A stretch of DNA of 63,166 nucleotides, filler included, from Licmophora abbreviata (Eukaryota): assembly GCA_900291995.1 (NCBI GenBank). It is 6 parts of 6 records of this genome, joined end to end, with 100 filler letters (N's around TTAATTAATTAA, not from the genome) between each part and the next. Parts side by side here need not be neighbours in the genome. Positions count along the whole stretch, not along the records: positions 1 to 21,965 come from OLMU01003351.1; 5 more parts are not named here. One strand, 5' to 3'. How positions within the stretch are numbered: the first letter of the stretch is position 1; each line of letters starts with the position of its first letter. This document shows, piece by piece, positions 1-9,269 of this stretch. Both the position numbers and the translations under genes were made by a program. Under the pieces are notes generated by a model. The model was not told the origin of the DNA. It worked only from the letters and a program-made list of their open reading frames with translations, and did no database searches.

Positions 1-372
1 ATCCTTCCACTGATCGACCGATTCTTCGTAGAAGACAGTCGTCGGTACGTCCGCGCCAGTGGGACAAGGTTCGTCGCCACGGGCACAGTGACAGTCGCCG
101 CATGTTCCGTAGAGCGGCTGCGGGGCGCTGCACCAAGTAAAGTCGACCTCCATGTAGTGGCAGCTGGCCAGACTCATAATGGTAAAGATCCATGCGACTG
201 TAGCTACGGAAGCGACGGCTGCCGACCAAGCTCCATGGGGAAGAGTGCAGCAAGGACGACAGGTGGCACAGTAGATGCTCTCGTAGGCACCGTGGGGCTT
301 CTCGGAAAGATCCGTGTTCTCCACCGTCTTGGTTTGCGTCGACGAGAACACGGCCTTGACCTTTGAAGACAT
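1..372 (-). CDS. N-terminal part of a Cys-rich membrane protein (runs off the left edge of the window)
   Basis: My translation from ATG at 372 is open to base 1: MSSKVKAVFSSTQTK...CATCRPCC...AWSAAVASVATVAWIFTIMSLASCHYM...CGDCHCARGDEPCP. It has a hydrophobic helix and a CGxCxC...CP motif. Absent from the ORF track because there is no stop in the window. Confidence 0.6.
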   Translation of the reverse strand, partial: MSSKVKAVFSSTQTKTVENTDLSEKPHGAYESIYCATCRPCCTLPHGAWSAAVASVATVAWIFTIMSLASCHYMEVDFTWCSAPQPLYGTCGDCHCARGDEPCPTGADVPTTVFYEESVDQWKD

Positions 373-1188
373 GATTCTTGCTCTTGCTTTGGGAGAACAC
401 GAGCTGCACGGTAAAAACTAGTCAGTCTGTACCTTCGAAGTGCATAGAGTCCGATGAAATGTGTAGAGTCTAGAGATACGCATCACAGTGTAGCAAAGAG
501 CAGAGTTCGCATCCCATTTTCAATTTTCGGAACGACATCACTATCATCGCTTGACATCACTTGATGTGGAGAGGCGCGCGAATTGAACGACACTTTCCGA
601 AATCGTAGGATATTTCAATACTCATATACAAGCTTTTTATATTTTGATTTTGCCTAATGTACGAGTAGGTACAGTATCTTTCGAAGATCGTTGAGCGCCT
701 CAGACGCTTTCCGCATTTATGAATTATGCATTTGAGGTCAAAATGACCAAAACATTTGTTGCAAATTCACCAAAACACTGAGACGATCACAACATCATAA
801 CGCGATGAGAGCAGTCGAGCTCGACAGGCACTGTATCTTCGAGACAGCACGTCATCCATAGACGCTGCAACACGCGTCGATCGACATGCGTCCTCATCTC
901 GATAGTAGTTTGCTTCACGGTAACGGTTCTCGTAGGGATCCTGATCTTCAGCATTCGCTACAACAAAATCGCTCAGAGTGAAGAGTGACTCGTTCCGAAA
1001 CATCGACCTGACGATGGAGAAGCTGTGGAAAGAGGGAAAAATGTTATTTTGGGAGTTTCAACAAGACCAAAGAAACCTCGGGAGATAACGTGGATGCAGC
1101 GTCGAAGCCCCAAATCCCTTGACTGCTTCATGTTTGCAAGTAGTTGACATCTTTGATGTTTATCCGTAGTGCGTTGCAGTTTACTCGA

Positions 1189-2880
1189 TTATACCAATGA
1201 GGCGGTCTTTGTCGACACCAGAGAAGCCTGCTCTTCGAATAACTGTACAGCGTACTCATACACCTCCATGTCAGCCCAATTCAAACGCGCCAACCCCTGG
1301 AATCCGGGGTCCGATTCGGGGGGTTCTGGATGAGGCACTTGGTTGTGGGAGGCCTGCGTCTTACTTTGTTGGCAACGAATGCATTTCTCAGGGTATTTTC
1401 TAACAATCTCTTCCCACCAGCCAAAGTAGAGCTGTATCCGCTTGATGCTCTCGTCGAACTTTTCCAACAGTCCCACGATAAATTTCCGCCGAAGGATTTC
1501 CTTTGCAAGATCGACATGCTGCTCGGTAAGGGGCTCTTCATATTCGTGCGTGAGGGAGCGCGTCACCCAGTTTTCCTCGGCTCGGGATGACTGGGCATAC
1601 TCCTCTAAAGTCAAGTTGGCCAGACTCGCATCATATGTCGGTTCCCACGTAGCGCGTTGCAAGTAGTAGAGCATCGAAATTGCTCTACGAACGGGATGGC
1701 GTAGCACCGCAAAGCCTCTTGCCCGATGCGTCGAGTCAAACAACGCCGCTCCTTCATGGAATCTGTGTGTGATGATCACATCTGCGAGCCCCGATGACAC
1801 CAAACCCAAATCACGGGCTCGTTGCAGTCCTTCGGTTGAAGCGGTGTTAACATTGACATACTTTCCTTTGTCTTTGTAGGTATTCACCTCCAGCATAGGA
1901 TCACTGGCGTGTCCTTCGGTGACACCAATCATGCTGGCACTAACCAAGTGTAAGCAATGCGTCAAAATGTCCTGAAGAGATGTACTGCCACTCTTGGGTA
2001 TTTGGAAATAGTATGGTCGATCCGTGTGTTGTATCGGCAAGTCCCAAACATCGGCAAACGAATCACGCAGCTGATGAGGAAGGAAATCCTCATGTCGTCC
2101 ATGAGCGTACTGCGACATGGCGGATGTGATAACCGACGTCGTCAACGCGTCACTTCGATCTCTTAATACTTCTTGCTGCTTCTCCGCTAGTAGGCGTGCC
2201 TGTACTGAGACTCCTTCTGGGTCTTCTCTCCTCAATCTTGCTGCCTCCGTCGAAACGCGGTCTGGTCGATACGTTTGTTGTGCATGCATTGATTGAGTAG
2301 TCTGTAACCTACGCGGTCCAATCGGATTACCATGCCATTTTGGCGACAAGTTCAGCCATACCATACAAGTGCATGTCAAGATACCGACCCCCAACATGGC
2401 TCGTCGTCGCGGCGGCATGTGTACCAGCTGCAGGAACCACTTTCGTACAACACCAGCAGGATTCGATTCTCTCAGGTAAAGTTGATACTCTGACAATTGT
2501 GAGTTGGACGATGTTCCATGCTTTCGTCGTTGTCGTCGACGACTCTTGTAGACGGACCGACTGGCCGAGAACGAGTCATCGTTGTCAGCATACGAAGAGT
2601 AGTACGATGTCGTGGATGGCGCAATGGACGCCATATCGCAGGGATCTTCCGTTCGCGGTTCCAGAAGGTCATTCAGTTCGTTGTCAATGGCTGTTCCCAT
2701 GCAGTCTGGATGCAGGGCATGCCCCTTGCGATGCCGTGCAGTGTGTGCATTGTCCTTGACGACGGCTCGGGCATGCTCTTCGACCTCAAGTTCTTCCTCG
2801 ATATCGTCGAATACGGAACTTTCGTCTCTGAACTTTTCCGTCGGGGTACAGGACGAGTCGTCTCCTATCCATCGGAACAT
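1189..2880 (-). CDS. Type II membrane sulfotransferase-like protein (PAPS-dependent, Sulfotransfer_2-like)
   Basis: 563-aa ORF with one TM helix (AMLGVGILTCTCMVWLNL), 5'-PSB motif FQIPKSGSTS, 3'-PB motif LRHPVRRAISMLYY and C-terminal N-x-x-D-x-x-x-Y motif (NWADMEVY). Confidence 0.8.
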   Translation of the reverse strand: MFRWIGDDSSCTPTEKFRDESSVFDDIEEELEVEEHARAVVKDNAHTARHRKGHALHPDCMGTAIDNELNDLLEPRTEDPCDMASIAPSTTSYYSSYADNDDSFSASRSVYKSRRRQRRKHGTSSNSQLSEYQLYLRESNPAGVVRKWFLQLVHMPPRRRAMLGVGILTCTCMVWLNLSPKWHGNPIGPRRLQTTQSMHAQQTYRPDRVSTEAARLRREDPEGVSVQARLLAEKQQEVLRDRSDALTTSVITSAMSQYAHGRHEDFLPHQLRDSFADVWDLPIQHTDRPYYFQIPKSGSTSLQDILTHCLHLVSASMIGVTEGHASDPMLEVNTYKDKGKYVNVNTASTEGLQRARDLGLVSSGLADVIITHRFHEGAALFDSTHRARGFAVLRHPVRRAISMLYYLQRATWEPTYDASLANLTLEEYAQSSRAEENWVTRSLTHEYEEPLTEQHVDLAKEILRRKFIVGLLEKFDESIKRIQLYFGWWEEIVRKYPEKCIRCQQSKTQASHNQVPHPEPPESDPGFQGLARLNWADMEVYEYAVQLFEEQASLVSTKTASLV

Positions 2881-3325
2881 GGTAGAGGGCAGCGAGAGAG
2901 TACCTGGTACGCAAGGCCGGTCTTGACGATAGCAAACTCATACGTTGAGTTTTGAGACCGCGAGAGACATGCTGAACGAAGTGTGACTGAGACGGGGTCA
3001 TTTTGAAACAATTCCTGTCGGTTGTGTATCCCAAAAATGTATTTCAAAATAATCATCCTGTCATCACGAGCGCGGGGAATAGAGTCTTTTGTTGAGTCTT
3101 TTGGAATTACCCAACGCATTTGCAAAAGGAAAAATTGAAGCAATTGAAGTGCCCCCTGCGGTCACTTGAACGTCGGCATCGCTGTATTACAGTTATTGTA
3201 CGCCAAAGTCACTCTCGTCTACATTCCGCTGCAGGGCAGTCATCCTATTGTTTGCTTAATTGGCCAGAGTAGGTTTGAGCAGAGCAACTAGTCATCACTT
3301 CCGCATTTCTCTCTATTGCGGAACC

Positions 3326-5458
3326 ATGTCCCTTCGTCTCCGTGACGGCCCTCGAGGGCGGAACAGTCGTACCAGGAGAGGCGACAGTACTCGTTCACTA
3401 GCTAATTCAGTTGCCACTGAAGATTCTTCAACTCCCTTCACCAAGGGCAACAAGCTCGATGGTCTCTTGGATTCAGTCCTGCAGCAAAGTTCTGCCGCTT
3501 CTGTCGCATCGTCAGTCAATCCCAACAAGGTGTCCAACGACGAGGACGATCATTTGGATACTTGGACGATCACCGACGAACTCAAGTCACAGGCAGATGA
3601 CTCGACTGCGGTGAGCAGTGCGAACTGGGCACCTATCCAAACTCCGTCGCAGATTCGTGCAACGGCTCCTCGTGCTCTTGCAGGCATCACTGAGAACAAA
3701 CAACAAGACCCTTCATCACCACATAGTCCTGTGAGACCCGAGTCAGCTTCCAAAGAGAAAGAAGAAGATGACGATGGTCTGGTGACGCTCGGAACGATCG
3801 ATCAGAACCGCCCAATCGACCAAGTCTTTGTATACTCGTCGACCAGCTCGAACGGTTCTCCTCAATTCTCTCCCCCGCCGTCCGCTTCTCATCGTCAACG
3901 ACGACAGTATCGATCGGGGAATCGCAGTACGGCGAGCAGTGTGGCAAGTCGTACGCGAAGCAGTGTTGGCGATGGCAGTTCTCGACTTGGAAGTATCCTC
4001 GACACTCTGGGACTCGACGGGCAGAGTGATGTGGATTCCTTCACAGCATCCACAACATCGAGTTCCAAATACAAGTCTATCTCCCGTCGACGTGGAACTA
4101 GTAACAATGCACAGATGAGCCAATACGCACGCGCCGGATTGGTAGTGATTTTGCTCATGATGATTCTGTACATTCAGTGGAATGCTTTGGAGCATCAGCC
4201 AGACTACGTTGTGAAACCTGGGTTAAGGTCTCATCACTATCATCACACTTATGCCACGCAAAAGGACGAGCAAGGAGAAGGATTGGATCGTCCTGTTCAC
4301 GACGAGAAGTTGCTCCAAAAGATTCATCATGACCCGAGTGACGTGGCGACTCGCAATGCTAGGGTACCGAAGGCACGAGAGGGACCAGAGCATCTCGTTG
4401 ACCAGCCCAAGGATACTGGTGTGGCGGCCCATGATGTCAGCCCTCCCGTGGATGCGCTACCAAAACGAGCGGACGATGAAGATGCCGATGGAGTGACAAT
4501 ACCACCTGAAATTCAGATTGGATACGCTGGTACATACACGCAAAATCGAAACCACGAAAATGTTCCACTTCTTTGGTACATTCCTCGGTCGGGTGGTGGC
4601 ATGATTAAAAACATATGCTCGCAATGTCTGGGTCTCACGTTGGCAAGTGAAGTTGGAGGAACGATACCCAGCACTGAAGGAGAAAAGGTACGAACGATTC
4701 TTGTGCTCTATATCGCTTCTGTTTGAAAGCGTTCTACTACAGCGTTCGGTTGCCACTTGTCCCCACAGAAGCTGGAAATTGTTAGCGTAGGAGGACACAA
4801 GTATGTGAACGTCGACACCACGACAGAGGATGGAATCAAGGAGGCCAAGTCGCTGGGCCTAGTTTCGTCCGGACTAGCCGAGCTTGTCGTCTCACCTCGA
4901 ATTCGAGAGAGCGCATCCATGTTCGATTCTAAGAAGGGGCGCGTCTTCGCCTTGTTGCGCCACCCAGTCGAACGCGGGGTCTCCATGTTTTATTTTCTTC
5001 AGCAGCACAAGGTTGTAGCGGTGGAGAAGATGACTATCGAAGAGTACGCCAAGTCCCCACACGTGGAGAACAATTGGATGGTGAGAATACTGTCCGGAAG
5101 AATGGAAGGAGAAGTGGGCGAGGAGGAGCTGGCAATCGCCAAGGAAGTCCTTCGCACCAAGGTTGTCGTCGGGCTACTAGAGCGAAAGGAAGAGTCCATG
5201 GCACGGTTTGCTCATTACTTTGGATGGTCGTTGGATGAGGATGGCAAACAGAGTGGGTGCCAATCAAGAATACTCACAGGCGACTACCGGACAAACGAAA
5301 GCGCCAAGGAAAAAGTCAAGGAAGGGAGCCAAGCATGGTCATTGATTCTCTGGCAGAATAAGCTTGACGCCAAATTGTACAAATACGCCAAGGCGTTGTA
5401 CCTGCAGCAGGGTGCTGAGTTGTTTACGGAAATGCCAGAGAGCAAAACGGTCACGTAA
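3326..5458 (+). CDS. Type II membrane sulfotransferase-like protein, 2 exons (3326-4687, 4769-5458)
   Basis: ORFs 3260-4726 and 4757-5458 join through a phase-0 GT-AG intron at 4688-4768. TM helix AGLVVILLMMILYIQW; motifs WYIPRSGGG, LRHPVERGVSMFYF and NKLDAKLY. Clear paralogue of 1189-2880. Confidence 0.8.
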
Positions 5459-7730
5459 ACAGGAGAGGCTGCAACAATTTAGGGGAATGTATATGAGCAG
5501 AACGTGTAATACAGCCAATCACGTTTCGAATGTACGAGCAGCTTTATGAGGATGATGATGTCGATCGTAGGTGAACAGCTGTAGTCAAGTTTTCTTTCTT
5601 TCGTCAAGCCCAGACGAACGAAGTTGAGAGGCGTGAAGAGTGAACAATTGCCTACCCTCACTTCCAAACGCGACGTCACTTGTCTCGGATTGTCGATGCT
5701 GATCAACTGTTCAACGTCCGTCACGCTCTTCATAGTTCGTCCCAAAGTCCCAGAGTCGATGAGGATGGGTTTGCCGAAGAGAATCAAATTGTTGGGCCTT
5801 CGAAGCCTCTCTTCACCCCGGTTTCATCAAAAGCTCCAAAATGTGAGCACCCCATCACAGCAAGCTTGGCAAGCAGACAGAAATGTCAGTTCCATTGATG
5901 AAAAATGTAATCGTGTATGAGGAATGTATTAGCAGTTTAGGCCTCTCGCCGAAAGTTTGAAGTGTCAATACATTTTTTCTTAGCAGGCGTTGAAGTCACA
6001 ATTCACACTTGTGAATCCAAAATACACTTGCCCACAATTGCCTTTTGTATTGTAAGAGAACTGTCATGCTTCAGGATTGCCCATTCCTTGCACATCACGT
6101 CTCTTACAGCACCTTTCATTCTTTGTCTTGTCATCTCGTGAACCCCATCACTCTGTGCTAACGATGACATCTCAGCAAGAATCACCAACTTGAAGCAGAC
6201 TTTCTCACCATGGGTGTTCGAAGGTCCACAAACAAAGCCGCCGAACGCGCTGTCTATCAAAAGGGAGGATATCCCGCTTGGATAAAGTTCAAGATGGTTC
6301 GCTTCTACAAGACTTGTTGCAGCTGCTGCGCATGAGAATCGCATCAGTCGACGACGAGCGAGAAAGCTCCTGTGCGCGGTGCAAAACGACACATTGTTTA
6401 AGACTAGCTGGTCACTGAAGAAACCTCGATTCGAAGTAGAGCTGCTGGATTATCTTGCTAGTTTGCGTACTTCCATTGGAGCAGTCTATGATACCTACCA
6501 CAAACAAGAACACAGCCCGATGATACTATACACTTACACTACTATAGGTAGTTGCGAAATCGGTGATTATGAACATGTCAAAAGTCGTGTCTTGAATTCA
6601 GAACCACTCTTCCTTTAACAGGGCGACCGCGGCAGCGGGCGGCAGCGGGAAGCCATACTCGTTCTCTATCATAGTATCGCAACATGTCAAAGTTGCTACC
6701 ACGTTTTCCGCGTCTATTACGTGCGAGGTACCATGGTCGCGGACCCAGAAGAATTGTCCCCCCAACCCCCCAACGGACCGATCACGATATCTCCTATCCT
6801 CATGTAGGTATATAGCTGTACAGCTAAGTTCTTCGAATTACAACTCCCACACTTCCGAGTGCTCTCAATTCAGAAATCAAAACACGCAATACATTATGGT
6901 ACGAGTACAGAATACGACGACCGCTGAGAAAGACAGTAGTGCCGGTACTGCAACCCATCACGCACTCTCACACAGTGCAAAACCATGCCGGCTGCTATGG
7001 CTGCATGTCACACACCCACGCACACCCAACGCCAACACCAGCAGCGCTACATCCCACCATGAATCGCATCTGAATGGACAATGTCGCTCTTTCACGTTTT
7101 ACCTTCCACCGCGGAACGTTTAGAACGAGGAAGCATCCCTCGTGAGATAATACTGGACTCCGAGGAGAGCCCCGGAGGTCTTGACGACTTCATGGACGAC
7201 AGCTCTGCTTCCGCTTGCTGCCAAGTTAAACCGGAGCGGCAGCCAATTTTGCTTGAGAAGCTACCAAGGGAAGAGTATGTCGATGAAGACGAGGGCAAGA
7301 ACGACAACCAAGTGTTCAAGATTATAATAGAGTTGTGTCGGCTCCCAGACATGTGCTGCGGTTGTACCTCACAGGTTATTGGCGCAAGTCGTCCGTCGAC
7401 ACCAATATTATAGAAATGGTGCCAAGGCCAGAACTGTTCTCGCAGCCAGGGATCCCGTGCTGATGAAATAGAAATCATACAAGGAAAACATGACAAGAAA
7501 CGAAACAAGCTAGAATTGTTCTTGTGGCTAGATTGCAAGCTGAAATCGGGAGCTCGCATGAGACTGTTGAACTGTTGAATCAAACGAGTATTGCATTAAA
7601 AATAGCATTGCCGATCAGCACGTCCTTGCCAATCCTACTACGATACAAAACTACCCCCAACTCCTTAGTTGCCCCGAAACGTGGCATTCTCCCAAAAGCC
7701 GCTCCTTACAGTCCCTGTCGCAGTCGATAC

Positions 7731-8771
7731 CTACTTCAATGCTTCATCGCGTGCTTCCATATCGTCATTTTCCACTTTCTTCATAGACGACGTCTCTCGT
7801 CCAAGGCTCGTACGCCCGGAGACTGGAGACTCTCGAACAGAATCTTCACGCGATTGAACGCGGAGCTCCAGTCCAGTCTTCACAAGCATGCAAGAGCAGC
7901 AACCAGAAGTCTCGGTACATTCCTTGCGATGAGCGATCAACTTCTTGAGTCGAGTGCATCCAGGCTCTCGACACTCAGATGACTGACACTCTGTAGCATG
8001 AAGCACAGCAGCAAGATCATTTGTACCGTTGAGAGAATCCGCGTCATCCTCAAAGAGGGCGAGCAGGCTTCCTCGGCGATGCTCTTCGCGCACTATCGGC
8101 CCCGGAACCTGCGGCTGGCGAGCACCTCGATGCTTGGCCCGTGCCGCAGATACGGCCTCCCGGCGCTTGGCGCTCGCCAGACTCCGTGCCGTCCGACTGC
8201 GCCGCGTTGCAAATGTAGCAGCACCAGAGGTTGAGGCAGTAAATTTCTTCAGTTGATCTTGGCCAATAGACAGTTCAGTGAAACCGTGCATCATGTCACG
8301 CGCTTGACGACGCCGGGTGACACGCCGGTGGAGTCTCTGCTTTGACTTTTCCATGGTTTCGATGATGCGCGAGGCAAGGGTCGTCGTGTCACTGTACTCT
8401 TCACGGCATAGGGCCGACCGATACAGTTTCGATTCAATGCCGCGGACCACGCGCGGAATCAAAGACGTACGCCCGTCCCTGCATTTGGAGCGAAGAATGT
8501 TCTCGCTGAGAGACGTATTGACGAGACAAGAAAGAGTATTGAAGACAACGTGAGTAGACTGGCGGGCTGCAGAAGATGCTTCAGTATCTCCCGCAATAGG
8601 CTGCCGCACGTACATTTGTTGGGCAACTTCTTCGCGTAGAAGTGCATCCCCCGCGCTCTGCCACGCCACTCCTCCAGTCGTGGTGGTCCAGGGTACCGTT
8701 TCGTTCGAAGATGAACGGGGCGCCAGGTTGGGTACCGTCTCAGGTTTCATAGTATTCAACTTGACGTCCAT
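7731..8771 (-). CDS. KIX-like + TAZ zinc-finger protein (putative transcriptional co-regulator)
   Basis: TAZ-type H/C pattern LHATECQSSECREPGCTRLKKLIAHRKECTETSGCCSC. Upstream segment VRGIESKLYRSALCREEYSDTTTLASRI resembles the MED15/CBP KIX helix 3. First ATG at 8771. Confidence 0.65.
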   Translation of the reverse strand: MDVKLNTMKPETVPNLAPRSSSNETVPWTTTTGGVAWQSAGDALLREEVAQQMYVRQPIAGDTEASSAARQSTHVVFNTLSCLVNTSLSENILRSKCRDGRTSLIPRVVRGIESKLYRSALCREEYSDTTTLASRIIETMEKSKQRLHRRVTRRRQARDMMHGFTELSIGQDQLKKFTASTSGAATFATRRSRTARSLASAKRREAVSAARAKHRGARQPQVPGPIVREEHRRGSLLALFEDDADSLNGTNDLAAVLHATECQSSECREPGCTRLKKLIAHRKECTETSGCCSCMLVKTGLELRVQSREDSVRESPVSGRTSLGRETSSMKKVENDDMEARDEALK

Positions 8772-9012
8772 GATATGACAATCGTAGATTTTGTGAGGCG
8801 AGATTTTGTGATTTGCGGTCTGGTTGGCGCATGGCACATTTTCGAAATGTAGCCGAAATCGCACTTGCGTCAAACCAGTCAATCATTTCGATCACGCTTT
8901 CAAAACACATTGTTTGTGGAGTCGAGTTGAGAAATATTCGTGAACAAGGAACAAAGGGGCGAGAAAATCCGAGCTGGACCATCATCATAGTGTGTAAAAC
9001 AGGTATCCCATC

Positions 9013-9226
9013 TGTTGAACATCAATAATGACGTCAGTACCGACGAATCTGAATGGACGGTTGTGAGAAGCCGAAAGCAGAAAAGCATGCGATCGTAAGA
9101 TCACCGATCGCTCACTTTAATTTTAATATCTGGTTTGCAAGTGTTATCACCTCTGCAGTCTCCTTCTATCCTTCAGTGTAGTCTGATTGACTCATTGGAT
9201 AGTATCAGAGACTGCTAGATTCAACA
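9013..9226 (+). repeat. 5' LTR (214 bp)
   Basis: TGTTGAA...TTCAACA 7-bp terminal inverted repeats; identical by eye to 14226-14439. Confidence 0.97.
9112..9118 (+). promoter_or_regulatory. Predicted LTR initiator/TSS (TCA+1CTTT, +1 = A9114)
   Basis: Matches the YYANWYY initiator consensus and coincides exactly with the 5' end of the segment complementary to the PBS; inferred, not mapped. Confidence 0.55.
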
Positions 9227-9241
9227 TATTAAAATTAAAGT
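9227..9241 (+). promoter_or_regulatory. Non-tRNA primer-binding site complementary to the LTR (putative self-priming PBS)
   Basis: TATTAAAATTAAAGT directly abuts the 5' LTR, has no TGG, and is the exact reverse complement of 9114-9128 (ACTTTAATTTTAATA). Confidence 0.75.
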
Positions 9242-9269
9242 CGCAGCAGTCTTCGCAGATTCAAAAAGC

